64,000 nucleotides of DNA from Collinsella aerofaciens (GTDB lineage: Bacteria; Actinomycetota; Coriobacteriia; Coriobacteriales; Coriobacteriaceae). The translations under genes were made by a program, and so were the position numbers. The notes under the pieces were generated by a model. It did no database searches, had not been told where the DNA came from, and saw nothing but the letters and a program-made list of their open reading frames with translations. Below are positions 8,954 through 24,671 of the stretch, piece by piece (within the stretch, counting starts at the first letter, position 1; each line of letters begins with the position of its first letter). Location of the stretch: the NCBI GenBank assembly GCA_036301285.1, contig JAXJET010000034.1:841-64840 (forward strand), given 5' to 3'.

Positions 8954-10231
8954 TTAGGCGCTGTACTTGTTTGCCTCGCCGAAGGTGCCGGCCTCGACAA
9001 TCCAGCCGTCCTTCATGATGACGTCCATGTTGTCGGTGTTGAGCACGTGGATGTCGGCGGCGACGTCACCGTTGACGACCAGCAGGTCGGCGCACTTGCC
9101 GGCCTCGATGGAACCGGTCTCGTCCTCGATGTGGCACATCTTGGCACCGTTGAGGGTGGCACAGGTGATGGTCTCGACCGGGGTGAAGCCGATCTTGTCG
9201 ACGAACTCGTACATCTCCTCAATGGAGCAGGTGCCGTACGGGGTGACGAAGGAGAAGGAGTCGGAGCCGATCGTCATGACGACGCCGCGCTTCTTGGCCT
9301 CGCGCAGGCAGTCGTAATTGCGCTGCAGCTCCTTCTCGACCAGGGTGCCCTCGTACTTGTCGTGCAGCTCGGGGACGTAGACGGGCGGATAGGTGGCGTA
9401 CCAGGTGGGCAGGAAGGCGATCGTCGGGGTGAAGAAGGTGCCCTGCTCGGCCATGAGGTCCATGGTACGCTCATCGATATCGAAGCCGTGAATCAGCTGC
9501 TCGCAGCCAAAGCGAACGGAATCGTAGGCAGCGGCGTGGTTGTTGTAGCAGTGGCTCCACACGGGGATGCCGACCATCTTTGCCTCTTCGACCACAGCCT
9601 GAATCTCCTCGGAGCAGTAGTGCTGGTCGCGGCCGGAGTCCCAGCGCCAGATGCCGCCACCGGTAGCCCAGATCTTGATGGCATCGGGGTTCTCACGCAG
9701 GCGACGACGGACGGCCTTGCGCAGATCCCAAGGACCGTCGACCTGATCGCCCCAGGGGTGCGATTCCTTGTTGAGCTCCTGGCTGCAGTGGTGGGAGTCG
9801 CCGTGGCCGGCAACGCGGCAGAAGCCAAGGCCGGTGGCCAGAACGCGCGGGCCCTTGAAGACGCCCTTGTCGATGCAGTCACGGATCTGGATACCAAAGC
9901 GGCCGATCTCGCAGACGGTGGTGAGGCCGTGGGTGAGGCAGTCGTAGGCCTGCTTGACGGCGACGGCCTGCTTCTCGAGAAGCGGCTGCATGACCCAGTC
10001 GGTGTCATCGTCGGTCAAGTTGCCCGAGAAGTGCAGGTGGGTGTCGATCAGGCCGGGAAGGACGGTCTTGCCGGCGGCGTCGATGACCTCAACGCCCTCG
10101 GGAAGGTCCTGCATGGCGCCGGCGTACTCGATCTTGCCGTTGTCGTCGACGAGAACGAGGGAGTTCTCGACCGGCTCGGCACCGGTACCGTCGATGAGCT
10201 TGCCGCCAACGATTGCATACTTAGTGGACAT
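8954..10231 (-). CDS. Amidohydrolase-superfamily metal-dependent hydrolase
   Basis: Motifs GLIDTHLHF, a GD...H segment, and C-terminal GSIEAGKCADLLV. A strong RBS AAGGAGGA lies before the ATG at 10231. Confidence 0.85.
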   Translation of the reverse strand: MSTKYAIVGGKLIDGTGAEPVENSLVLVDDNGKIEYAGAMQDLPEGVEVIDAAGKTVLPGLIDTHLHFSGNLTDDDTDWVMQPLLEKQAVAVKQAYDCLTHGLTTVCEIGRFGIQIRDCIDKGVFKGPRVLATGLGFCRVAGHGDSHHCSQELNKESHPWGDQVDGPWDLRKAVRRRLRENPDAIKIWATGGGIWRWDSGRDQHYCSEEIQAVVEEAKMVGIPVWSHCYNNHAAAYDSVRFGCEQLIHGFDIDERTMDLMAEQGTFFTPTIAFLPTWYATYPPVYVPELHDKYEGTLVEKELQRNYDCLREAKKRGVVMTIGSDSFSFVTPYGTCSIEEMYEFVDKIGFTPVETITCATLNGAKMCHIEDETGSIEAGKCADLLVVNGDVAADIHVLNTDNMDVIMKDGWIVEAGTFGEANKYSA

Positions 10232-10362
10232 GGTTCCTCCTTATGGATCCATATAGTGGGCGAGACCGTGTTGGGTTAAGGCCTCACAAAGCTACCCAAG
10301 TGGTGCCGGGTTCGGTGCGCGGAAGAGAGGGGCCCGCGCACCTGATCCGCCCCGGCTAGGCG

Positions 10363-11814
10363 TTACTTTTTGCGGGAATTGGTGAAAGCCATGAGGGCCA
10401 GGCCAATAGCCAACCAGCCGATCACGATGCTCCACTCCACCATGTTGAGGGAAGCGGGAGAGAACGGAATCACGAGCAGGCCGATGATGATGGCGCAGGC
10501 AGCGATAGCGAGGCCGATGCCAAACTTGCCGCCGGGCACCTCGTAGGGACGAGGCAGGTCGGGCTCGGTGAAGCGCATGCGCAGGCAAGCGAGGGCGACC
10601 ATGCCGCAGGAGAAGATGAAGGCGAGAGCCGACACGTTGGTCAGGGGGATGAGCATGTTCTTGCCCAGGAACGGACCGACGACGGTGATGACGCCCAGAA
10701 CGACGCAGGCGAGCTTGGGAGCGCCGGACTTGGGGTCGACCTCGGCGAACTGCTCGGGCAGCTGGCCCTTGCGGCCCATGGCGAGCATGATGCGGCTCGT
10801 GGCGCCGTAGAAGGAGTTCATCGGGCCCATGGGTCCAAGCGTGGCGATGACGAGCATGGCCAGGTACAGAAGCATGTTGATGCCCTTGAGGCAGGCAAGC
10901 GCGGGAACCGGGCTCTTAACGAACTCATGCCAGTCGAGGATGGTGCCGAACGAGTAGATACAGACCATGTAGAAGCCGCCGGCGGCCAGCAGGGCCAGGG
11001 AGATAATCTTGCCGAACTTGTTCCAGTTGAGGCCCTCGGCTGCTTCCTCAGCCTGCTGAGGAATGGTGTCGAAGCCGGCGTAGAAGAACGGAGTCAGAAC
11101 CAGGACCGACACGATGCCGGCAAACAGGCTGGTGCTCTCGGTAGCGGCCTTGCCGCCGCCAGCGCCGGTGACCTGGGAGAACACGGGCATGGCGTTGTCC
11201 GGCGAGCCGGTGAACAGCGAGACGCCCATGGCGAGCAGCATGCCGCAGAGCAGGGCCTTGGTCAGAAAGGCCTGGAGCTTGGCGGCCGAGCTGGCACCGC
11301 GGAAGTTGAGGAAGATGACGTAGACTGCAAAGCCGAGCGCGATCAGCGTCGGGAACAGGTAAACGTCGGCGCCCAGGATGGTGTAGAGCTTGACGGCGCG
11401 CAGCCACTCAAGGCCGGGCAGGCTGCCGAACATCTCGGACACGAGGGTCGAAATGGCGATGGCCTCCCACGGGCACAGGATGCCGTTGCCCAGGGCCAAA
11501 AGCCATCCGGTGATGTAGCTCAGCGTACGGCCAAAGCTACGATCGACATACTCGACAATGCCGCCCGAGATGGGGATAGCAGCCGTGAGCTCACCGAAAA
11601 CAGCTCCGACGGGCACGAGGAAGATTGCACCCAAGAGGAATGCGATCATAGCGGGAACGGGACCGCCGCCCACGACCATCCAGTCGCCGACCTGCAGAAC
11701 CCAACCGGTACCGATGATGGCACCGAAACCGATGGTGAAGAAGTTCCAGAGCGAAAGCGTTTTCTTCATGCCGCCGTTATCCTCGACTGCAACTTCTGCG
11801 TTCTTGTCCGCCAT
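10363..11814 (-). CDS. APC-family amino acid/polyamine permease
   Basis: 483-aa protein with about 12 TM segments and the N-terminal signature LSLWNFFTIGFGAIIGTGW. RBS GGAAAGGAGGGG. Confidence 0.85.
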   Translation of the reverse strand: MADKNAEVAVEDNGGMKKTLSLWNFFTIGFGAIIGTGWVLQVGDWMVVGGGPVPAMIAFLLGAIFLVPVGAVFGELTAAIPISGGIVEYVDRSFGRTLSYITGWLLALGNGILCPWEAIAISTLVSEMFGSLPGLEWLRAVKLYTILGADVYLFPTLIALGFAVYVIFLNFRGASSAAKLQAFLTKALLCGMLLAMGVSLFTGSPDNAMPVFSQVTGAGGGKAATESTSLFAGIVSVLVLTPFFYAGFDTIPQQAEEAAEGLNWNKFGKIISLALLAAGGFYMVCIYSFGTILDWHEFVKSPVPALACLKGINMLLYLAMLVIATLGPMGPMNSFYGATSRIMLAMGRKGQLPEQFAEVDPKSGAPKLACVVLGVITVVGPFLGKNMLIPLTNVSALAFIFSCGMVALACLRMRFTEPDLPRPYEVPGGKFGIGLAIAACAIIIGLLVIPFSPASLNMVEWSIVIGWLAIGLALMAFTNSRKK

Positions 11815-12168
11815 TGTTCCCCTCCTTTCCTGTTTGACGCCCTTGGCGTCACCCCTTGCGCGGTCCGTTTTGCCGCGCGCTTATATTCCATGGCTTTAAG
11901 ATACGGCCTTGGCGCAGCAGCGCCGCTCGCAGCTCGACCGAAGGCAGAACTGCAAAACGAGCGGCACCGTTTTTGGGACGAACGGCGGGAGACGTCATTC
12001 GTCTTGGACGCTTTCATCTTGTCTGCTTTTGAATACCTGTTGCCGTGGCGCTTGGCGCGCGGCGCGGCAACGTTCATACCATTTGTCAGGCTTTTGGCGC
12101 ACATACCCATGTGTCGTGCATCTTTTTATGTAGGATAGACAAGTTACACATGAGGCAAGGTGATTCGA

Positions 12169-13170
12169 ATGGCATACGGATACAATGACGGCGACCAACG
12201 GCCACAAAGCGTGCGCCTTGCCGGCCGCGCCACGCCAACGCCCAGAAGCACCTCCGACAACGACAGCCCGCAGCGCCCCCAAGAGCAGCCCGGGGCTTCT
12301 TCGCGGCAACAAAGCCGTACCGTGCAGCAGTCAGACCGCGTGAGTACGAGCACGCGCCAACGCCAGACCGACACATCGCAGCCACGCCGCTACGATCGCC
12401 GTAAGACCGACTACTACGTCAAGCGCTCCTTTTCGCGACCTCAACGCGATCGCGGCAATTCCGCCCCTCACCCCGCGTCGCACACCACAAGCCACGCGCT
12501 TCCGGCCCGCCGCCTACGCCTTGCGCTTTGCTCCATTGCCGCCTGCCTCGTCTTTGTGTTTTTGGGATCCTGTATCTCCCACGGATCAGCCGGTCTTGAG
12601 CCCACTGCCGAGGACAAGCTGCTTAAAGCTCCCGTCGCGCCCGGTTACTCCTTTGCGTTCTCGACCCCACGCTCGCAATGGCAGGCCGGCGCCATGCCCC
12701 ACATCTACCAAATTGACCCCGCATGGTCGGAGCTGCCCTATGCCGGTGGCACTATTCGAGAAAACGCTTGCGGTCCCACTTGCCTCACCATGGTCTATAT
12801 CTTTAAGACCGGCCACACCGATAAGACGCCGGTCGATGTATGCGCACTGGCCGAAGCCGGCAACTACGCCCCCACTGGTGCCACCGAGTGGTCGTTTATG
12901 ACAGGCGGCGCGTGGCAGCTGGGGCTCAACGGAACACAGCTCTATAACGATCGCGAATCGATTACCCAAGCACTTCGCTCGGGTGCGCCCGTCATCGCCG
13001 CAGTGCGCCCCGGTACGTTTACCAACGTAGGCCACTACATCGTGCTCTACGGCATCGACGACGCCAACCAGATTGGCGTCTACGACCCCAACTCGGCCAG
13101 CCGCAGCGCCCGCCGCTGGGGCGTCGTAGAGGTCCTCAACGAAGTCGAAGCCATGTGGGCCTACTACTAG
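12169..13170 (+). CDS. Membrane-anchored peptidase C39-like domain protein
   Basis: A long Arg/Ser/Thr/Gln-rich N-terminus, one TM segment (LALCSIAACLVFVFLGSCI), then a C39-like core (ENACGPTCLTMV ... GHYIVLYG). I prefer the ATG at 12169 over the GTG at 12160. Confidence 0.65.
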   Translation: MAYGYNDGDQRPQSVRLAGRATPTPRSTSDNDSPQRPQEQPGASSRQQSRTVQQSDRVSTSTRQRQTDTSQPRRYDRRKTDYYVKRSFSRPQRDRGNSAPHPASHTTSHALPARRLRLALCSIAACLVFVFLGSCISHGSAGLEPTAEDKLLKAPVAPGYSFAFSTPRSQWQAGAMPHIYQIDPAWSELPYAGGTIRENACGPTCLTMVYIFKTGHTDKTPVDVCALAEAGNYAPTGATEWSFMTGGAWQLGLNGTQLYNDRESITQALRSGAPVIAAVRPGTFTNVGHYIVLYGIDDANQIGVYDPNSASRSARRWGVVEVLNEVEAMWAYY

Positions 13171-13171
13171 T

Positions 13172-13220
13172 CATTGGGGACAGACTTAAATGAGTGGTCG
13201 TCGGGGACAGTCTTACGGAC
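13172..13220. repeat. Module A of the composite intergenic repeat (GGGGAC-motif module)
   Basis: CATTGGGGACAGACTTAAATGAGTGGTCGTCGGGGACAGTCTT matches 19278..19318 at 37 of 41 positions. Confidence 0.85.
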
Positions 13221-13275
13221 GCCGGCCGAGAGCAGACGAAAAGGGCCATCCCGAACTGCTTGGAACTGCCAGCAC

Positions 13276-13445
13276 GGAAAGCGCATCCTGCTTTGGGGCC
13301 CAATAGCGGGATGCGCTTTCCGTTAGCGGCCCGTTTGGGAAACTAGGGACCGCTTTTCGACAAAAATCCGGGATGCATTTTCCGATTGAGGGCCTCAAGG
13401 GAAACCGCACCCCATGTTGGACGCTCATTCTGGGATGTGCTTTCC
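13276..13445. repeat. Tandem array of three ~62-bp hairpin units (GGAAANNGNNNCCC ... GGGATGNNNTTTCC)
   Basis: Right arms GGGATGCGCTTTCC (13308), GGGATGCATTTTCC (13370) and GGGATGTGCTTTCC (13432) are spaced exactly 62 bp apart. The first unit forms a perfect 14-bp stem with CGGAAAGCGCATCC. Confidence 0.85.
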
Positions 13446-13465
13446 GCAGTTGATCGATGCGGCCT

Positions 13466-13519
13466 TTAAGGACTGTCCCAAGCTGCCGGCAGGAAAGGAA
13501 CGTCCCCAAGTGCCGGGTT
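13466..13519. repeat. Module C (54-mer) of the composite intergenic repeat
   Basis: TTAAGGACTGTCCCAAGCTGCCGGCAGGAAAGGAACGTCCCCAAGTGCCGGGTT is identical at 53 of 54 positions to 19357..19410, in the same orientation. Confidence 0.9.
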
Positions 13520-13561
13520 TCCGCAGCCTGCAATGCTCCTCATGAACAGCCGCCTCAATAA

Positions 13562-13596
13562 CAAAAGCCCCCGCGGCCGAAGCGGACCGCGGGGGC
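13562..13596 (-). terminator. Intrinsic terminator of the GH1 gene (homologous to the arcC terminator)
   Basis: On the minus strand: GCCCCCGCGG-TCCGCTTCGG-CCGCGGGGGC followed by TTTTGTT. Confidence 0.8.
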
Positions 13597-13612
13597 AACA
13601 GACCTGCAAGAG

Positions 13613-16418
<2,806 letters not shown>

Positions 16419-16427
16419 GGTTGCCTC

Positions 16428-16721
16428 CTAACCCAACAGCGACTGGGCGAGTGCCAGCACGTTGGCGGCGTTGCCCATGCCGTAGTCCTGTGCGGGGATG
16501 ACCGCGGTCGGCTTACCGCTCCCCTGCTTGACGGTGTTGAGCTGGTAGGACACCTGCGGCCCCAAGAGCAGCACGTCATAATTGGCGCACGTCTCCTGAT
16601 ACTCGCCGATACCCACCGCATCGATATCGAGCTCGATGCCGTTTTGCTCCGCATATTTCTCGAGTTTCTTCATCAGAATGCTTGTAGACAGACCAGCTGC
16701 GCAAACAAGAAGGATCTTCAT
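16428..16721 (-). CDS. PTS cellobiose-family EIIB
   Basis: MKILLVCAAGLSTSILM contains the phospho-Cys motif. I prefer the ATG at 16721. Confidence 0.9.
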   Translation of the reverse strand: MKILLVCAAGLSTSILMKKLEKYAEQNGIELDIDAVGIGEYQETCANYDVLLLGPQVSYQLNTVKQGSGKPTAVIPAQDYGMGNAANVLALAQSLLG

Positions 16722-16767
16722 AAGGGATTCCCTTCGCATTGATTGGTTGGATAGTCACCGCACGCCG

Positions 16768-17094
16768 CTAGGCGTTCTTGGTTGCAGTGCGCTCATACAG
16801 GCAGATCAGCTCCTGCACGAGCTCCTGAGCAAGCATGGAGCACATGAGGTGGTCCTGAGCATGGACCAGCAACACATCCACCGACAGATGCTCGCCCGCT
16901 GCCTCAGTCGAAAGCAGCTGCGTTTGGATGTGGTGAGCCTTGATTCCCGCATCCTTTGACTGCTTCATGAGTTTGGCGGCGGCGTCAAAATCCCCCGCCT
17001 TTGCCTTTTCAAGGGCTTCGAAGGCAAGGCTGCGTGCCTCTCCCGCTGCAGCGACCAGCTGAAACGAAACCATCTCGGTTCCCTGATCGTCCAT
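16768..17094 (-). CDS. PTS lactose/cellobiose-family EIIA
   Basis: 108-aa helical protein with FQLVAAAGEARS and HAQDHLM motifs typical of EIIA-Lac/Cel. Confidence 0.85.
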   Translation of the reverse strand: MDDQGTEMVSFQLVAAAGEARSLAFEALEKAKAGDFDAAAKLMKQSKDAGIKAHHIQTQLLSTEAAGEHLSVDVLLVHAQDHLMCSMLAQELVQELICLYERTATKNA

Positions 17095-17213
17095 AACGGT
17101 CTCCTCTCCCGTGATGTTTGGTTTGTACTTGAATATTCGAAACGCCTATCTCCCGCCCGCAATCCTCGAGGTTTATTGCAGGTAGACTGACAGGGTCATC
17201 GACAAAAGAAGTC

Positions 17214-19109
17214 TTAAGCCGTATGCGCTTGCACAAGCGCCATCAGCTCATGCCAGGACCGGCGCTCGCGTAGGCGCTCGACCCCCTGGCGGTCCATAAA
17301 GATCTCGGCGAGCAGTGAGCTCAAGATCCGCGCCTCATCGCCGCCCGACCGGGCAAACGACACCATAAAGACGATATCGACCTCATGGCCGTATTCGTCC
17401 CAAAGAATGGGATGTTCGAGCAGGCCCACGGTAACAAAGGCCTCGGCGCTCAAGGGATGCATCCCATGGGGCATGGCTACCCCATTGCCAAACGAGGTGG
17501 CGCTCGCGCTCTCGCGCTCGGCGACCTCTTGGGCAAACTGGGCATCGACACGGCCGCTCTCGACGGCGCGCTCGGAGAGATATCGGAGAACGGCCTGCTT
17601 CGACGACGCCTCAACGCGGTTGAAGAACAGGGCACGGCTAAAGAAAGAGCTCACGGAGTCCGATTGCGCAGTGTCGTCGCTCAGCACCTTGCGGATAGCG
17701 TTGACATCGCTCGTCTCCAAGAAGAAATCGGCCTCGCGGACGGGCACGGGCAACTTGACGTTGAGCGGCACCGTTGTGAACACGTAGTCGATATGCGAAA
17801 AATCGAACGTTCCCACGCGGGCGACATCGCATGTCTCAATCGAATCGATATACATGCCAAACTGCTTGCGGTACTGGTGCTCGAGCATACGGGCGCTTCC
17901 CGCTCCCGAGGCGCACACGATCAGGATGCGTTTGCGACGCGGCTGGTCGGCTTGCTGCTCGAGGGCCAGGGCAAATGCCATGGCGATGTAGCCGAGCTCT
18001 TCATCAGAGGGCTGGCTGCCAAAATGACGCTCGAGTACCTGCGAGGTGCCAGCTGCCATCGAATAGGCCAACGGAAACCTCGTCTTGATATCGGACAGCA
18101 TGGGGTTATCCATATGCATGTGATATTCAAGGCGATAGCCCAGAGGGCCGATATGCCGAGCAAGGTTCATGCGAAGTTCAAGATCGCCGCTAAAGTCAAA
18201 CCTAAACTCATCGTTGACCGCACGTACCATCTCGGAAGCAATCTCCCACATCTCGTCCGAGATAACGGCAGAGCCCTTCTCGGGCACGCCCGTGCCCCTG
18301 CCGAGCAAATGGATTGCGATAAAGGCAACCTCTTCTCGGGGCATGCTCACGCCCAGGGCATCCTTGATGTTTGCGGCAATCTGGAAAGCCGCGGCGTATT
18401 CGCGCGTTCCCTCCAGTTTTTGAACGTCCGATTCTGCAGCTGGGACATAGCAGCCCTGCTCGATGCGGCCAAGAGCAATGTAAAGATGCATGATGAGATT
18501 GCGGGATGCCAGCGAGCTCACCGTGACGGGCGAGGCCGTCAGAGCATCGTCCACACATGCGGCGATGGCCCGCAGGCGCTCGGCGAGCTTTGCATCGTCG
18601 GTGTCGGGCAACACGGGCCTCACCAGCGAGGCCAGGCACAGGCGCCGCTGCGACTCCCCGCCCGCAACGCGGATTCCGTAGCGTGGGCGCTTTTCGAGCG
18701 TTAAGTCAAATTGGGCGAGTTTCTGCTCTACCAGACGCATGTCATTGGACAGAGTTCGCGCCGAAACGTAGAGTAAATCCGCATACTCCTCAATCGTCAC
18801 CCACTGGGACCGCATGAGGAGGTCGTTAAGAAGGAAGGACACACGGCCGTCGCGCGTATCAGGAATGCCCGGATGGGCCAGAGCCGCACCGTCTAGCAAG
18901 CGAGCAAGCTCATCTGCACGTGCAACATCGATACGATACTGCCCCTTGCTGCCAACGATGCGTGCAACCCCTGCAAGGTTGTCGTTTGCGCGATGGATAT
19001 AGTTTCTCACGGCGCGCTCGCTTACCTCGAGACGCTTGGCAAGTACCGCGACAGCGACAGGCTGAGCGTCCTCGATCATATTTACAAGCTGCTTGACGCG
19101 AGCATCCAT
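17214..19109 (-). CDS. PRD-domain transcriptional regulator (LicR/MtlR-like: HTH, PRD x2, EIIB-like, EIIA-like)
   Basis: 631 aa. The order is N-terminal HTH, PRD regions, an EIIB-like segment (ILIVCASGAGSARML), and a C-terminal EIIA(Mtl/Fru)-like segment (GNGVAMPHG). Confidence 0.85.
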   Translation of the reverse strand: MDARVKQLVNMIEDAQPVAVAVLAKRLEVSERAVRNYIHRANDNLAGVARIVGSKGQYRIDVARADELARLLDGAALAHPGIPDTRDGRVSFLLNDLLMRSQWVTIEEYADLLYVSARTLSNDMRLVEQKLAQFDLTLEKRPRYGIRVAGGESQRRLCLASLVRPVLPDTDDAKLAERLRAIAACVDDALTASPVTVSSLASRNLIMHLYIALGRIEQGCYVPAAESDVQKLEGTREYAAAFQIAANIKDALGVSMPREEVAFIAIHLLGRGTGVPEKGSAVISDEMWEIASEMVRAVNDEFRFDFSGDLELRMNLARHIGPLGYRLEYHMHMDNPMLSDIKTRFPLAYSMAAGTSQVLERHFGSQPSDEELGYIAMAFALALEQQADQPRRKRILIVCASGAGSARMLEHQYRKQFGMYIDSIETCDVARVGTFDFSHIDYVFTTVPLNVKLPVPVREADFFLETSDVNAIRKVLSDDTAQSDSVSSFFSRALFFNRVEASSKQAVLRYLSERAVESGRVDAQFAQEVAERESASATSFGNGVAMPHGMHPLSAEAFVTVGLLEHPILWDEYGHEVDIVFMVSFARSGGDEARILSSLLAEIFMDRQGVERLRERRSWHELMALVQAHTA

Positions 19110-19277
19110 GTCCTCCTCCTTTCCCTGCGTCTAGTCTAACGCGGTAAAGAATGACACTCCACGTCGCGCTCGTTCCGCCAACTCGGAACAGGTTGCGGGG
19201 AGTCCAGCCGAACTTATAGGGAGCACGGAGAAAGGGCCCGAAAGCCATGTGCCGGTGTGAGATGCGCTTTCCGCAGT

Positions 19278-19352
19278 CATTGGGGACAGACTTAAATGAG
19301 TAGTCGTTGGGGACGTTCTTGTTTGACTAGTCGTTTAAGAACGTCCCCAATG
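19278..19352. repeat. 75-bp palindromic module with terminal inverted repeats CATTGGGGAC/GTCCCCAATG
   Basis: The left part matches module A at 13172. An inner inverted repeat, TTGGGGACGTTCTT...AAGAACGTCCCCAA, spans 19307-19350. Confidence 0.85.
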
Positions 19353-19356
19353 ACTA

Positions 19357-19410
19357 TTAAGGACTGTCCCAAGCTGCCGGCAGGAAAGGAACGTCCCTAA
19401 GTGCCGGGTT
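19357..19410. repeat. Second copy of module C (54-mer)
   Basis: Identical at 53 of 54 positions to 13466..13519. Confidence 0.9.
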
Positions 19411-19413
19411 GAA

Positions 19414-19447
19414 ACAAAAGCCCCGCAGCCGGAGCGGACTGCGGGGC
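19414..19447 (-). terminator. Intrinsic terminator of arcC
   Basis: On the minus strand: GCCCCGCAG-TCCGCTCCGG-CTGCGGGGC followed by TTTTGTTTC. Confidence 0.8.
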
Positions 19448-19513
19448 TCATGAAGAGAGGCTAGTTTGCGGGCGCTTTGCCTGGCGCCCACGAGAGAGGC
19501 AACAGAGTAGAGA

Positions 19514-20476
19514 CTACTCGTGAATGCGGGTACCGGAGAGGCCAGCCATGGTCTCGGCGGCCTTGTCCAGAGCGCCGATGATGCAGGTGCGGCCCTTGCG
19601 GGAACGTGCGAACTTGATGGCAGCGCGGACCTTGGGCTCCATGGAACCCTTGCCGAACTGACCCTCGTCGGCCAGGCGCTCGGCCTCGTCGGCGGTGAGG
19701 TCCTCGAGCTCCTCCTGGTTGGGCTTGCCAAAGTTGATGGCGACATGCTCAACGGCGGTCAGCAGGAACAGAACGTCGGCGTCGCAGTCCTCGGCCAGCA
19801 GCTCGCCGCCCAGGTCCTTGTCGATGACGGCGGGAACGCCCTTGTAGCAGCCCTTGTTCTCGTAGTCGCGGACGACGGGGATGCCGCCGCCACCGCAGGC
19901 GATGACGATGAACTCGTTGTCGAGCAGGTTGAGGATGGAGTCAGCCTCGACGATCTTCTTGGGATCGGGGGAAGCGACGACGCGACGCCAGCCGCGGCCG
20001 GAATCCTCGACGAAGACCTTGGAGGGATCCTCGGCCATGAACTCCTTGGCCTGCTCCTCGGTGTAGAAGGGGCCGATCGGCTTGGTCGGGTTCTTGAACG
20101 CGGGATCATCCGGATCGCACTCGATCTGGGTGACGACGGTGGCGGCGTGCCAACGCTTATAGCGCTTGTGCATCTCGCGGCCGATGCCCTGCTGCAGGTG
20201 ATAACCAATGTAGCCCTGGGACATGGCGCCGCACTCGGGCAGCGGCATCTCGGGGGTACCGATGGCATCGTGGGCAGCGGCGAAGGCGTTCTGGATCATG
20301 CCGACCTGCGGGCCGTTGCCGTGGGTGATGATGATCTCATTGCCCTGCTCGATGAGACCGAGGAGAGCGTGAGCGGTGTTGCTCACGGCCTCGATCTGCT
20401 CGACGGGGTTGTTGCCGAGGGCGTTGCCGCCAAGGGCGACGACAATACGATCGGGCTTGCCAAGAGGCTTAGACAT
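19514..20476 (-). CDS. arcC: Carbamate kinase
   Basis: Motifs IVVALGGNAL, ITHGNGPQVG and ACGGGGIPV. I prefer the ATG at 20476 (MSKPLGKPDRIVV). Confidence 0.9.
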   Translation of the reverse strand: MSKPLGKPDRIVVALGGNALGNNPVEQIEAVSNTAHALLGLIEQGNEIIITHGNGPQVGMIQNAFAAAHDAIGTPEMPLPECGAMSQGYIGYHLQQGIGREMHKRYKRWHAATVVTQIECDPDDPAFKNPTKPIGPFYTEEQAKEFMAEDPSKVFVEDSGRGWRRVVASPDPKKIVEADSILNLLDNEFIVIACGGGGIPVVRDYENKGCYKGVPAVIDKDLGGELLAEDCDADVLFLLTAVEHVAINFGKPNQEELEDLTADEAERLADEGQFGKGSMEPKVRAAIKFARSRKGRTCIIGALDKAAETMAGLSGTRIHE

Positions 20477-20997
20477 TGCTGGAATCCTTTCTGTAAAAGG
20501 CCTACAACCCATTAATAACCCGCGTCCGTGCGATACGCGAGTTTATTAAGGTTTATATTCTCTTTATCGCTCATTTTATTCATTTTGAAAATAGCGGAAC
20601 GGTGAACGGTCGTTTTTATCCGCTCAGCGTACAGAACCCCAGCTCAAGCATATCTACGCCATTTACGTGCAACTTTATTTTAATAGAGCAGGGATTAGAC
20701 CAGATTATGCAAACTATATCTTTGCTGAACACAAAACAGACAGCGCAATATCTTACTCGCACTATACGAGATTCTATGCACATATAAGTCGAGTATGCAC
20801 CCCTGCAAAAACAAGGGGCTTTTCATCCAACAAAAGGAATAAAGAAGAGCTCCGAAAAAGCGGCAACGGCCAAGTCCCCCATCCATCCCCAAAGTGGCGC
20901 GAGGTTTCGCGGCAAAGCCGCGAAACAGCGAAGGGGACGGAATACCCGACCAACTACGTCCTTCATCCGCCCACACAATCCAAGGACGTAGTCGTAG

Positions 20998-21120
20998 CAG
21001 GATCTGAGGGCTGACCTTCGCGGACACTCCGCAGGACGAAAGAACCCCCGCCGCACGTAGTGCGCAGCGGGGGTTCTTTCATGTCCGAGGACGTCCGCGA
21101 AGGTCAGCCCTCAGATCCTG
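20998..21120. repeat. Nested palindrome: a perfect 28-bp inverted repeat enclosing the nifJ terminator hairpin
   Basis: CAGGATCTGAGGGCTGACCTTCGCGGAC (20998-21025) is the exact reverse complement of 21093-21120. The inner hairpin is GAAAGAACCCCCGC (21038-21051) paired with GCGGGGGTTCTTTC (21067-21080). Confidence 0.9.
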
Positions 21121-21131
21121 CGGTGAGAGAC

Positions 21132-24671
<3,540 letters not shown>

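Noticed and set aside
13213-13533. A 106-aa ORF across the repeat region. Similar ORFs lie at 44600..44909, and ORFs 60413..60613 and 60469..60720 cross the clpB-upstream repeats.
   Set aside because: These ORFs lie entirely in tandem or inverted repeats and overlap each other in several frames and on both strands. They lack RBSs, and their periodicity follows the DNA repeat rather than codons.
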